This document shows, in pieces, positions 8,440-22,934 of a stretch of DNA of 60,294 nt. This DNA comes from an uncultured Gammaproteobacteria bacterium (lineage in GTDB: Bacteria; Pseudomonadota; Gammaproteobacteria; Arenicellales; CAJQKF01). Location of the stretch: assembly GCA_965652415.1 (NCBI GenBank), contig CBFGVH010000005.1, positions 1-60,294 on the forward strand, given 5' to 3'. Position 1 is the first letter of the stretch. Each line of letters begins with the position of its first letter. The position numbers and the translations under genes were made by a program. Below the pieces are notes generated by a model, which saw only the letters and a program-made list of their open reading frames with translations, was not told the origin of the DNA and searched no databases.

Positions 8440-10854
8440 ATGGCGAAGTCCAGACGCCGTAAATCCGCAGCCAAACCGCGGCGCTTGTCCCACACCCGTC
8501 CGGCGGAAGGCCTGGAAATCGCCGAGTGGCAGGTGGCGCTGCGACGCCAGTACGGAGCGGAACAGGCATTCACGCTGGAGAACCTGGGCGACCACCCGGT
8601 GTTCTCGGAATTCGCCGTGCACAACCCTGGAAGCGGTGCGACCTATCGCGTCGCCATTCGCGGCGCCGGGCTCGGTGTCAACTTTTGCGCGTGCCCGGAC
8701 TTCGCCACCAACCTGCTCGGCACCTGCAAGCATATCGAGTTCGCGCTCGCCCGCCTTCGGCGCCGCCGCGGCGGCAAGGCCGCCCTGCGTCGCGGCTTCG
8801 AACCCGATTTCAGCGAAGTATTCCTGCACTACGGCGCGCGTCGGGACATTCGCTTCAACCCCGGTAGGCGTTGCACGCCGGCACTGCTGAAACGCGCGCG
8901 GTCCCTGTTCGACGAGAACGACCACTGGCGGCTGCCGGTCGACCGGCTCGATCAACTCGATGATTTTCTCGCCGCCGCCGGGCGCTCGCGACACGAGGTC
9001 AGGTGCTACGACGACGTCTTGGCATTCGCCGCCGCCCGGCGCGACGACAGGATCCACCGCGATCGCCTCGCCGTGTTGTTTCCCGAGGGGCCGGCCACAC
9101 CGGCGCTGCGCGACCTGCTGGCGGTACCGCTTTATCCCTACCAGTGCGAAGGCGCCCTGTTCGCGGCCCGGCAGGGGCGCGCGATCATCGCCGACGAGAT
9201 GGGGCTGGGCAAGACCGTGCAGGCGATCGCGACGGCGGAGATCCTGCTTCGCCACCTCGACGCCGAGCGGGTGCTGGTGGTATGCCCGACTTCGCTGAAA
9301 CACCAGTGGCACGAGGAGATCGCACGCCTCGCCGGACGCGATGCAGAAGTCGTGGGCGGGTCGAAGCGCGAACGCGCCCGGCAGTTCGCGACGCCGACCA
9401 GCTTCAAGATCACCAACTACGATACGCTGCGGCTCGACCTCGACCTCATCGGCGCCTGGGCGCCGGACCTCGTGATCGCCGACGAGGCCCAGCGCATCAA
9501 GAACTGGGACACCAAGGCGGCACGCGCGATGAAGCGGCTCGCGAGTCCCTACGCGCTGGTGTTGACCGGCACGCCGCTGGAAAACCGCCTTCGCGAGCTG
9601 GTCTCCATCGTGCAGTTCGTGGACCAGCACCGGCTCGGACCCACCTGGCGCTTCCTCGAGCGCCACCAGGTCGTCGCCGACACGGGGCAGGTGGTCGGCT
9701 ACAGGCACCTCGACGAGGTGTCAACGAGCCTCGCGCCGATCCTGATTCGCCGGCGCAAGGCCGAGGTGCTCGACCAGCTGCCGCCCCGCCGCGAGAAGAT
9801 CTACCGGCTGCCGCTCACCGCGCCCCAACGCGCCCTGCACGAGGAGAGTGCGGAAATCGTGGCGAGGATCGTCGCCCGCTGGAAGCGGAGACACGTCTTG
9901 TCCGACGGCGACCAGAAGCGCCTGATGGCCGCGCTGCAGAACATGCGCATGGTGTGCGACAGCACCTACCTGGTCGACGGTCGGAACGATCACGGCCGCA
10001 AGATTCCGGAATTGATGCGTGTGCTCGAAGAATGGCTCACCATCGACGGCGTGAAGGCGGTGATCTTCAGCCAGTGGCTGCGCAGCCACGAGCTGTTGGC
10101 CCGCGCCCTCGAGCACGCGGGACACGACTTTGTGCTCTTCCACGGCGGCGTGCCTGGACAGCGCCGCGGCGCGCTGGTCAAGCGCTTTCGCGACGACCCG
10201 AACTGCCGCGTGTTCCTGTCCACCGATGCCGGCGGCGTCGGACTCAACCTGCAATGCGCGAGTGTGGTCATGAACCTGGACCTGCCCTGGAACCCGGCGG
10301 TGCTCGAGCAGCGCATCGGCCGCGTGCATCGACTCGGCCAGCACCACGTCGTCCAGGTGCTGAACTTCGTCGCCGAGGACAGCATCGAGCAGAACCTCAT
10401 GCGGCTGCTCGCGTTCAAGCAATCGCTCGCCGCCGGGATCCTGGACGGCGGCGAAGCGCAGCTGCACCTGGGCGGCAGCCGGCTCAACCGCTTCATGGAA
10501 GGTGTGGAACGGGCGATCTCGACGGAGGCGGTCGAACCGCCGACTCCGGAACACACCACGCCCCGGTCCCCGACGGCGACGGAAGCAGTCGCCGAGTCGC
10601 ACGGCACCGGGTCCGATCGAGGTGCGCCCAGTATCGCCGGTGATGGGCGCGACGGCTGGCAGCCGCTCCTGGATTTCGCCCAGGCAATGCTCTCCGCGTT
10701 GGCTCGCCAGCCCGTGAACGGCGAGGAACGTTCGCCCGGCAACGTGGTACGGCGGGATCCGCGGACCGGCGAGCGGTATCTGCATCTTCCCCTGCCGGAC
10801 AAGGACAAGATGACGCGGCTGATCGATGCCCTTCGCGACGTCCTCGCCGGCTGA
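8440..10854 (+). CDS. SNF2-family helicase with N-terminal SWIM zinc finger
   Basis: 804 aa. SWIM CACPDFATNLLGTCKH. Helicase motifs ADEMGLGKT, VIADEAQRIKN, QRIGRVHRLGQ. Confidence 0.9.
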   Translation: MAKSRRRKSAAKPRRLSHTRPAEGLEIAEWQVALRRQYGAEQAFTLENLGDHPVFSEFAVHNPGSGATYRVAIRGAGLGVNFCACPDFATNLLGTCKHIEFALARLRRRRGGKAALRRGFEPDFSEVFLHYGARRDIRFNPGRRCTPALLKRARSLFDENDHWRLPVDRLDQLDDFLAAAGRSRHEVRCYDDVLAFAAARRDDRIHRDRLAVLFPEGPATPALRDLLAVPLYPYQCEGALFAARQGRAIIADEMGLGKTVQAIATAEILLRHLDAERVLVVCPTSLKHQWHEEIARLAGRDAEVVGGSKRERARQFATPTSFKITNYDTLRLDLDLIGAWAPDLVIADEAQRIKNWDTKAARAMKRLASPYALVLTGTPLENRLRELVSIVQFVDQHRLGPTWRFLERHQVVADTGQVVGYRHLDEVSTSLAPILIRRRKAEVLDQLPPRREKIYRLPLTAPQRALHEESAEIVARIVARWKRRHVLSDGDQKRLMAALQNMRMVCDSTYLVDGRNDHGRKIPELMRVLEEWLTIDGVKAVIFSQWLRSHELLARALEHAGHDFVLFHGGVPGQRRGALVKRFRDDPNCRVFLSTDAGGVGLNLQCASVVMNLDLPWNPAVLEQRIGRVHRLGQHHVVQVLNFVAEDSIEQNLMRLLAFKQSLAAGILDGGEAQLHLGGSRLNRFMEGVERAISTEAVEPPTPEHTTPRSPTATEAVAESHGTGSDRGAPSIAGDGRDGWQPLLDFAQAMLSALARQPVNGEERSPGNVVRRDPRTGERYLHLPLPDKDKMTRLIDALRDVLAG

Positions 10855-10882
10855 CGGCCCGGCGGTGCCTCAGGGACAGACG

Positions 10883-11338
10883 CTACGACGGCCGCACGTA
10901 CTTGATGAACGGCGTCACCTGGCCGATGCGGTCGTACAGGCGGCGCGCGGTGTGGTTGAACTCCTGGGTCAGCCAGTACACCGCCGGCGAGCCGTTGGCG
11001 TCGGCGGCTGCGTACACCGCCTCGATCAGCGCCCGGCCGACGCCGCCGCCGCGCAGATCGGGGTCGACGAACAGGTCCTGCAGGTAGCACACCGGCTCCA
11101 CCCGCCACATGTGTCGGTGATAGATGTAGTGAACCAGTCCGACCGGCTCCCCGTCGGCGACCGCGAGCAGGCCGTGGCAGGACTCGTCGTCGCGCGACAC
11201 GAGGCGCTCGAAGCTGGTCCGGTACACCTCCTCGGGGACGGTGGACTCGTAGAACTCGAGGTAGGCGGCCCACAGGCGCCGCCAGTCGGACTCGTCGCCG
11301 GGTTCGAGTCGGCGGATGGTGATGTCGGCACGGGCCAT
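10883..11338 (-). CDS. GNAT family N-acetyltransferase
   Basis: 151 aa. Acetyl-CoA motif A LRGGGVGRALIEAVY. AGGAGAA RBS upstream. Confidence 0.85.
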   Translation of the reverse strand: MARADITIRRLEPGDESDWRRLWAAYLEFYESTVPEEVYRTSFERLVSRDDESCHGLLAVADGEPVGLVHYIYHRHMWRVEPVCYLQDLFVDPDLRGGGVGRALIEAVYAAADANGSPAVYWLTQEFNHTARRLYDRIGQVTPFIKYVRPS

Positions 11339-11370
11339 GTAATTCTCCTGGAGGTGATGACGCGCTCGGC

Positions 11371-11384
11371 GTCCCGCGCGGGAC
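11371..11384 (-). terminator. GC-rich palindrome just after the glmS stop (possible terminator stem)
   Basis: GTCCCGCGCGGGAC is a perfect palindrome with imperfect extension on both sides. No U-tract follows. Confidence 0.3.
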
Positions 11385-11390
11385 GACGCG

Positions 11391-13214
11391 CTACTCGACG
11401 GTGACCGACTTGGCGAGGTTGCGCGGCTTGTCGACGTCGGTGCCGCGGATCAGTGCCACGTGGTAGGCGAGCAGCTGCAGCGGGATGGTGTACACGATTG
11501 GCGAGACGAGGTCGTTGACCGGCGCCACGTCGAGCACCTCGATACCGTCTTCGGCGGCGATGCCGGCCGCCTGGTCGGCGAACACCAACAGGTGGCCGCC
11601 GCGCGCGCGGACCTCCTGGATGTTCGACTTGAGCTTCTCCAGCAGCTGGTTGTTCGGCGCCACCGCGACCACCGGCATGCCGGCGTCGACCAGCGCTAAG
11701 GGACCGTGCTTGAGTTCGCCGGCGGCATAGGCCTCGGCGTGGATGTAGGAGATTTCCTTGAGCTTGAGCGCCCCCTCCATGGCGATCGGGTAGTGCACGC
11801 CGCGGCCGAGGAACAGGGCGTGCTGCTTGTCGGAGAACTGTTCGGCGAGCTCGGCGATGCGCGCGTCCATGGCCAGGGCGCCCTCGATCTTGGCCGGCAG
11901 GCTGCGCAGCTCCTGGACGATCTCCGACTCCTCGGCCTCGCTCATGGCGCGGCGCCGGCCGAGCGCCACCGTGAGCATCATCAGCGCGGTCAGCTGGGTG
12001 GTGAAGGCTTTGGTGGAGGCGACACCGATCTCGGGACCGGCGTGGGTGAGCAGCGACAGGTCGGTCTCGCGCACCAGCGAACTCTCGGCCACGTTGCATA
12101 TCGCCAGCGAATGGGCGAAGCCGATCCTGCGCGCGTATTCCAGGGCGCTCAGGGTGTCGATGGTCTCCCCGGACTGGGAGATCGCCACCACGAGGGCGTC
12201 TTCGGGCACCACGTGTGCCCGGCTGCGAAACTCGCTGGCGATCTCGACGCTGCACGGCACGCCGAAGCGCTCCAGCCAGTGGCGCGCCACGAGGCCGGCA
12301 TGGAAGCTGGTGCCGCAGGCGATGATCGCGACCGCCCGCACCCGGTCGAACACGGCGTCGGCGCCGACGCCGAACACCTGCTCGAGCATGTGGCGGCCGG
12401 AGATGCGCCCCTCGAGAGTGTCGGAGATGGCCTGTCCCTGCTCGAAGATCTCCTTCTGCATGAAATGGCGGTACTCGCCCAGTTCGACCGCGCCGGGGTT
12501 GAGGTTGCTGTGGTACAGCGCCCGCTCGACGACATTGCCGTCCTCGTCGGTGATGCGCACCTTGCCGCCGTCGATCTCGGCGATATCGCCGTTGTGCAGC
12601 ACGTGGAAATCGCGGGTGACGCTGATCAGGGCGGCCATGTCGGAGGCGAGGTAGGCAGCGCCATCGCCCACGCCCACCACCAGCGGGCTGCCGCGGCGCG
12701 CGCCGGCGATGCGACCGGGCGAGTCGAGGCTGACCACCGCCAGGGCGAAGGCGCCTTCCAGCATCCGCACGGTGGCGCGCAGGGCGTCGAACAAGTCGAG
12801 GCCGTCGCGCATGAACCAGGACACCTGGTTGACCACGACCTCGGTGTCGGTCTCGGAGTTGAACGTGAAGCCGGCCTCGCGCTGGGCGCGACGCAGGGCC
12901 TCGTGGTTCTCGATGATGCCGTTGCACACCACCGCCACGTTCTCGCTGACGTGGGGATGGGCGTTGCGCTCACTTGGCACGCCGTGGGTGGCCCAGCGGG
13001 TGTGGGCGATGCCGGTGGTGCCGCTCACCGGCTCGGCCTCGAGGGCGCGCTCGAGTTCGCGCACCTTGCCGACGGCGCGCACGCGGCGCAGCGCGTCGCC
13101 GGTGATGACCGCGACGCCCGAGGAATCGTAGCCGCGATACTCCAGGCGCCGAAGGCCGTCCATCAGGACCGGCAGCACGTCCTGCCTGCTCACCGCGCCG
13201 ACTATGCCGCACAT
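11391..13214 (-). CDS. glmS: glutamine--fructose-6-phosphate aminotransferase
   Basis: Starts MCGIVGAV (Ntn Cys2). SIS motif SQSGETIDTL. Ends KSVTVE. The track ORF's 40-codon 5' extension is rejected. Confidence 0.96.
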   Translation of the reverse strand: MCGIVGAVSRQDVLPVLMDGLRRLEYRGYDSSGVAVITGDALRRVRAVGKVRELERALEAEPVSGTTGIAHTRWATHGVPSERNAHPHVSENVAVVCNGIIENHEALRRAQREAGFTFNSETDTEVVVNQVSWFMRDGLDLFDALRATVRMLEGAFALAVVSLDSPGRIAGARRGSPLVVGVGDGAAYLASDMAALISVTRDFHVLHNGDIAEIDGGKVRITDEDGNVVERALYHSNLNPGAVELGEYRHFMQKEIFEQGQAISDTLEGRISGRHMLEQVFGVGADAVFDRVRAVAIIACGTSFHAGLVARHWLERFGVPCSVEIASEFRSRAHVVPEDALVVAISQSGETIDTLSALEYARRIGFAHSLAICNVAESSLVRETDLSLLTHAGPEIGVASTKAFTTQLTALMMLTVALGRRRAMSEAEESEIVQELRSLPAKIEGALAMDARIAELAEQFSDKQHALFLGRGVHYPIAMEGALKLKEISYIHAEAYAAGELKHGPLALVDAGMPVVAVAPNNQLLEKLKSNIQEVRARGGHLLVFADQAAGIAAEDGIEVLDVAPVNDLVSPIVYTIPLQLLAYHVALIRGTDVDKPRNLAKSVTVE

Positions 13215-13272
13215 ATCAGTCGTCCTCTCGAGGGGTGGTTTCGTTGCCGCCGGTCGCCGCCCGGGCCGACGT

Positions 13273-14634
13273 TCATTCGTCCTTTTTCCGCGGCCGCCGC
13301 CAGCCCGCCACGGTGCGCTGGGGCGCGCGGCCAACGGTGAGCTTATCCGCGGGGGCGTCGCGCGTCAGCGTGGTGCCGGCACCGACGGTGGCGCCGGCGC
13401 CGACCTCGACCGGTGCCACCAGCTGGCAGTCCGAGCCGATGAACGCCTCGTCGCCGATCACCGTGCGGTGCTTGCTGGCACCGTCGTAGTTGCAGGTGAT
13501 GACTCCCGCCCCGACGTTGACGTCGCGGCCGATGTCGCAATCGCCGACGTAGCTCAGGTGGTTGACCTTGGAACCCGGGCCGATCCGGGCTTCCTTGGCC
13601 TCGACGAAGTTGCCGAGGCGCGCGCCGGCCTCGAGCACGGTGCCCGGGCGCACCCGCGCGAACGGCCCCACGTGGCAGCCGGCGGCGAGGCGGGCACCCT
13701 CGACCACGCTCATGGCGAGGATCTCGGCGCCATCACCGATGTCGGCGTCCCGGATCACGCAGCCGGGGCCGACGCGCACGCCGCGCCCGAGGGTGACCGC
13801 GCCTTCCAGTACCACGTTGACGTCCAGGAAGCAGTCCTCGCCGGCGGTGACCTCCCCGCGCACGTCGAGTCGCGCGGGGTCGGCGACCGTCACGCCGGCG
13901 TCCATCAGCCGCCGCGCGATGCCCTGCTGCCAGCGCCGCTCCGCGCGCGCCAGTTCGGCGCGGGTGTTGATGCCCTCGACTTCGCCGGGATCGGCGGCGC
14001 GAACCGCATTGACGGTGACGCCGTCGGCCGCCGCCATGGCGACGATGTCGGTGAGGTAGTACTCGCGCTGGGCGTTGTCGTTGCCGAGGCGCTGGATCCA
14101 GCCGGCGAGCAATCCCCGCGGTGCGGCGACGAAGCCGGTGTTCACCTCGCGGATGGCGAGCTCGCCGGCATCGGCGTCCTTCGCCTCGACGATGCCGGTG
14201 ACCCGCCCGGCGCTTCGCAGGATGCGCCCGTAGGCGCCCGGCTCGTCGAACTCGACCGTCAGCACAGCCAGCGCACCGGCGGCGGCGTCGACGAGGCGGG
14301 AGAGCGTGCCCGCCTCGATGAGCGGAATGTCGCCGTACATGACGAGCAAGGTGGTGTCGTCCGGGCAATCGGGCAGTGCAAGCCTGACTGCATGCCCCGT
14401 GCCGAGCTGTTCGTCCTGGCGCACGAAGCGGATCGACGGGTCGTCGACCACCGCCGGCACCGAATCGCCGCCGTGACCGTACACCACGGTGATGCGCCCG
14501 GGTCCGAGCGCTCGAGCGCGCTCGAGCACGTGGGCGATGAGCGGCCGGCCGGCCAACTCGTGCAGCACCTTGGGGCGCTGCGAGCGCATCCGGGTGCCCT
14601 GGCCGGCGGCGAGAACGATGACTTCTAGCGGCAT
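13273..14634 (-). CDS. glmU: bifunctional UDP-GlcNAc pyrophosphorylase / GlcN-1-P acetyltransferase
   Basis: 453 aa. LAAGQGTRMRS N-terminus and C-terminal hexapeptide repeats. Confidence 0.95.
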   Translation of the reverse strand: MPLEVIVLAAGQGTRMRSQRPKVLHELAGRPLIAHVLERARALGPGRITVVYGHGGDSVPAVVDDPSIRFVRQDEQLGTGHAVRLALPDCPDDTTLLVMYGDIPLIEAGTLSRLVDAAAGALAVLTVEFDEPGAYGRILRSAGRVTGIVEAKDADAGELAIREVNTGFVAAPRGLLAGWIQRLGNDNAQREYYLTDIVAMAAADGVTVNAVRAADPGEVEGINTRAELARAERRWQQGIARRLMDAGVTVADPARLDVRGEVTAGEDCFLDVNVVLEGAVTLGRGVRVGPGCVIRDADIGDGAEILAMSVVEGARLAAGCHVGPFARVRPGTVLEAGARLGNFVEAKEARIGPGSKVNHLSYVGDCDIGRDVNVGAGVITCNYDGASKHRTVIGDEAFIGSDCQLVAPVEVGAGATVGAGTTLTRDAPADKLTVGRAPQRTVAGWRRPRKKDE

Positions 14635-14862
14635 GGGAGGAGCGGGCGATACCAGTCGAACGACTTCGAATCGATTATAGGCAAATTCGCGCGCCGCCGC
14701 GCCTGGGCGCGTTCAGCCGCCGCTTGGCCGCTCGTCCACGATGATCCGGCCGTCGGCATTGATGATGGTGCAGGCAAGGCCGACCAGATCGCCGCAGCCG
14801 ACAACGTGGCTGCTCATGGGCACTCCGGTGACAGCACCGCCGCGACGCGGCGGCGGACGCGG

Positions 14863-15285
14863 TCAGCCGCGCTTGCTGCGCAGCTTCTGGATGGCGCGCA
14901 GCTGGGCGGCGGCCTGGGCCAGCTCGGCGCGGGCCTTGGCCAGCTCCATCTCGCTGGTGTTGTCGGCCATGACCCGCTCGGCGCGCTGCTGCGCCTCCAG
15001 GGCACGCGCCTCGTCGAGGTCCTCGGCGCGAAGCGCGGTGTCGGAGAGGATGGTGACGAGATTCGGCTGCACTTCCATCAACCCGCCGGAGACGTAGAAC
15101 ACCTCCTCGTCGCCGTCCTCCTTGAGCACCCTGACGTCGCCGGCCTTGATCGGGGAAAGCATCTGCGAGTGATTGGGCGCGATGCCGACCTCGCCCATCA
15201 GCGCCGGCGCGAACACCATCTGGCCTTCGCCGCTCCACAGCTCCCGTTCGGCGCTGACGATCTCGACCCTTATCGTGGACGTCAT
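14863..15285 (-). CDS. atpC: F0F1 ATP synthase subunit epsilon
   Basis: 140 aa, immediately after atpD. Typical epsilon N-terminal beta domain plus C-terminal helical hairpin. Confidence 0.95.
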   Translation of the reverse strand: MTSTIRVEIVSAERELWSGEGQMVFAPALMGEVGIAPNHSQMLSPIKAGDVRVLKEDGDEEVFYVSGGLMEVQPNLVTILSDTALRAEDLDEARALEAQQRAERVMADNTSEMELAKARAELAQAAAQLRAIQKLRSKRG

Positions 15286-15304
15286 GATGGTGTACCTCGG
15301 GCAA

Positions 15305-17641
<2,337 letters not shown>

Positions 17642-17655
17642 TCAGGTGCGCCGCG

Positions 17656-19203
<1,548 letters not shown>

Positions 19204-19221
19204 ACTCTGTGTTCCTCGAAT

Positions 19222-19758
19222 TTATGCGTTCAGCGCCGCGGTCATCTTCTCGAGCTGGCCTCGCACGGAGCCGTCGTAGACCCAGTCGCCGGTGCGAATC
19301 ACTGCCCCGCCGAGCAGTTCGGGGTTGGTGGTCAGGGTGAGCCTCACCGTGCGGCCGACCTTCGCCTCGAGTGCATCGGCGATGCGCTGGCGCTGGCCGT
19401 CGTCAAGTTCGGTCGCCGTTTCGACCTCGGCCTCGAGGACGTTCTCGGCCTCGGCCTTGAGCCGCTCGTACTGGGCGTGGATCTCGCCCGCCGCCGCCAG
19501 CCGACGGTTGTGGGCGAGCAGCCGCACCAGGTTCTGCGCCTTCGGCGAGAGCGCCTCGCCGGCGACGTCGAGCACCAGCTCCGCGAGGTGCTCGCGCGTC
19601 ACCCGCGGGTTGCCGTCCAGCGCGCGTACCGCCGGGTCCGTCGCGATACGGGCGATCAGGGCGAGCTGGTCGCTGAAGGCGCCGAGTTCACCCGACTCGC
19701 GGGCGATATCGAAAATCGCGCGAACGTAGGGGCGGGCGAGGGAGGCGAATTCTGACAT
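19222..19758 (-). CDS. atpH: F0F1 ATP synthase subunit delta
   Basis: 178 aa from MSEFASLARPYVRAIF (ATG at 19758). The longer track ORF is rejected. Confidence 0.9.
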   Translation of the reverse strand: MSEFASLARPYVRAIFDIARESGELGAFSDQLALIARIATDPAVRALDGNPRVTREHLAELVLDVAGEALSPKAQNLVRLLAHNRRLAAAGEIHAQYERLKAEAENVLEAEVETATELDDGQRQRIADALEAKVGRTVRLTLTTNPELLGGAVIRTGDWVYDGSVRGQLEKMTAALNA

Positions 19759-19772
19759 CGATCGGCCCTCGT

Positions 19773-20243
19773 CTACAGTTCCCGGGCCAGCTTGTCGAGC
19801 ATTTCGCCGTGGGCGCTGGCGTCGATTTCGCGGGCGAGGATCTTCTGTGCGCCGGCCACCGCCAGCGAGGCCACCTTGCCGCGCAACTCTTCGCGCGCCT
19901 GGTTGAGCTCGCGGTCGATCTCCGAGCGCGCCGAATTGACGATTCTCTCGCCCTCCGTGCGCGCCCCATCCTTGGCGCTTTCGACGATCTCGTTGCCGCG
20001 CTTCTCCGCCCTGGCGATGATCTCGTTCGCCTGGGCCTTGGCCTCGGCGATGAGCTTCTCGGCCTTCTGGTGGCCGATCTCCTCGGCCTTGACGCCCTTT
20101 TCCGCGGCGGCGAGGCCGTCGGCGATCTTCGTCTTGCGCTCGTTGAGCACGCCGATGATCGGCACCCACACGTACTTCTTGGTGAACCAGACGAAGAAGG
20201 CGAAAAACACCATCTGGAACAGCAGCGTGAGATTGATGTTCAT
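19773..20243 (-). CDS. atpF: F0F1 ATP synthase subunit b
   Basis: 156 aa. One N-terminal TM helix followed by a long charged coiled coil. Confidence 0.9.
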   Translation of the reverse strand: MNINLTLLFQMVFFAFFVWFTKKYVWVPIIGVLNERKTKIADGLAAAEKGVKAEEIGHQKAEKLIAEAKAQANEIIARAEKRGNEIVESAKDGARTEGERIVNSARSEIDRELNQAREELRGKVASLAVAGAQKILAREIDASAHGEMLDKLAREL

Positions 20244-20295
20244 CTCGCTACACCTTCTGAAATCTTGAAGTCCTGGCTGCAGGGCCCCGTGGGCG

Positions 20296-21465
<1,170 letters not shown>

Positions 21466-21882
21466 TTATCGGTCGACGGCGAGCGACACCACCGACGCCA
21501 TCAGGTAGCCGAATTGTGACAGGACCAGCCCCAGTATCAGGAACAGCGCGGGCAGCTCGAGCACGACCAGCCCGAAGGCGACCCCCGCCGCGGCAATCAG
21601 CAGCTTCTGGATCTCGCCGAGGTACAACGAAGCCAGCGACCGGCTCGCCTGCCCGTCCCGGTCAGCGACCCGCCCGGCCATCCGGGCCGAGGCCAGCGTA
21701 CCCGATATGCCGACGGCGGCACCGAAAACGGCCGCCAGGGCGGACGGTACCTGCGACCACGCCAGTGTACCCGCGACCAGCAGGGCGGCGAGTGCCAGCT
21801 GGCAGCGAATCACCAGGCCAACGCTGCGCCTCAGCGAATCGTCGCGACCATGGGCCATTTTACCACCGCTGGCGGGCGCCAC
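21466..21882 (-). CDS. atpI: ATP synthase protein I
   Basis: Small hydrophobic protein directly upstream of atpB. Start uncertain (21882 or internal Met at 21858). Confidence 0.65.
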   Translation of the reverse strand: MAPASGGKMAHGRDDSLRRSVGLVIRCQLALAALLVAGTLAWSQVPSALAAVFGAAVGISGTLASARMAGRVADRDGQASRSLASLYLGEIQKLLIAAAGVAFGLVVLELPALFLILGLVLSQFGYLMASVVSLAVDR

Positions 21883-21908
21883 AGACCCCCGCGCAAAAAG
21901 AGCCGCGC

Positions 21909-21937
21909 AGTATAATTACGACGTATGAGAGGGTCAA
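21909..21937 (-). promoter_or_regulatory. candidate sigma70 promoter of the atp operon
   Basis: On the minus strand: TTGACC, 17-nt spacer, TATACT, about 27 nt upstream of the atpI ORF. It sits in a locally AT-rich spacer. Confidence 0.5.
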
Positions 21938-21973
21938 GAATTTCTAATAGACGGATATCTATAGGTATTTCGG

Positions 21974-22381
21974 CTACTCGGCCGGTGCCGGCGCCGTATC
22001 GCCGCCGCGTGCGGGCCGGGTAACGACGGACAGGTTGTCGAGGCCGCGCTGGCGCAGCAGGTCGACGACGCCGAAGAAACTGCCGAACGGCGCCTCGCGA
22101 TCGACCCCGAGGACCACGGGCGTGGCGGCCGGAAGGGCGTCGAGTTCGGCGCCGAGTTCGTCCGCCGTAAGCACCGCGGCGCCCACGTACAGCGTGCCGT
22201 CGGCGGTGACGCTGATCTCGAACGAATCCTCAGGCGCCGCCCCGGCGGCGGCCGCCGACTCGGGGTAGTGCACCTCGATCACGCCGCGCGAGATGAAGGT
22301 CGCGGTGGTGAGCACGATGGCGAGCAGCACCAGCATGATGTCGATGAACGGAATCACGTTGATGGTGTCGATCCGCTTCAC
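21974..22381 (-). CDS. ExbD/TolR family biopolymer transport protein
   Basis: 135 aa from GTG at 22381 (VKRIDTINVIPFIDIMLVLLAIVL). GTGA overlap with the upstream gene. Confidence 0.8.
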   Translation of the reverse strand: MKRIDTINVIPFIDIMLVLLAIVLTTATFISRGVIEVHYPESAAAAGAAPEDSFEISVTADGTLYVGAAVLTADELGAELDALPAATPVVLGVDREAPFGSFFGVVDLLRQRGLDNLSVVTRPARGGDTAPAPAE

Positions 22382-22830
22382 GGCCGCGGTACGCTCTCGC
22401 CGAGGCCCCGCATCTTGCGCCAGCGCATCACCAGCACGTCGACCCGCCTGAGCAGCGCGTTGTAGAACCAAACCGCCGGTATGGCGACCACCAGCCCGAG
22501 GGCCGTCGCCTTCAGCGCCAGCGCCAGCCCCACCATGATCGCGGCTGCGTCGATGTTGCCGCCGGCGCGGCCGAGGTCGTGGAAGGTGAGCAGGATGCCG
22601 AGCACGGTGCCGAGCAGCCCGACGTAGGGCGCGTTGGCGCCGATGGTCGAGATCATGGTGAGATTGCGGGTGAGCATCACCGTCAACTCCTCCTGGTGCT
22701 CGAAGCGCTCCAGCGCGACGCGCCGGTAGTACAGGTAGCGCTCGACCACGCACCACACCATGACGAAGCTCATGGCGCCGAGGACGCCGATCACCGCGGC
22801 GTCGAGGTACTGGCGGAGGAGTTCGATCAT
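22378..22830 (-). CDS. MotA/TolQ/ExbB proton-channel family protein
   Basis: 150 aa from MIELLRQYLD. GANAPYVGLLGTVLGI motif. The rest of track ORF 22378..23556 is shadow. Confidence 0.8.
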   Translation of the reverse strand: MIELLRQYLDAAVIGVLGAMSFVMVWCVVERYLYYRRVALERFEHQEELTVMLTRNLTMISTIGANAPYVGLLGTVLGILLTFHDLGRAGGNIDAAAIMVGLALALKATALGLVVAIPAVWFYNALLRRVDVLVMRWRKMRGLGESVPRP

Positions 22831-22934
22831 CGACCTTGGGACCTTGCGGGACCGCGGCGAACACCGCCCCGGGTTCGGGAGTCGTAGGATACGGGATCGG
22901 GCGTGCGCGCGGAACCGGCTGCGGGCGATGCCAA

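Noticed and set aside
10855-11390. Tn7-like transposon or CRISPR-associated transposon at the glmS attachment site.
   Set aside because: No tnsA/B/C/D, tniQ or cas genes, no arrays and no repeated TnsB-type end motifs are visible. Only a GNAT gene directly follows glmS.
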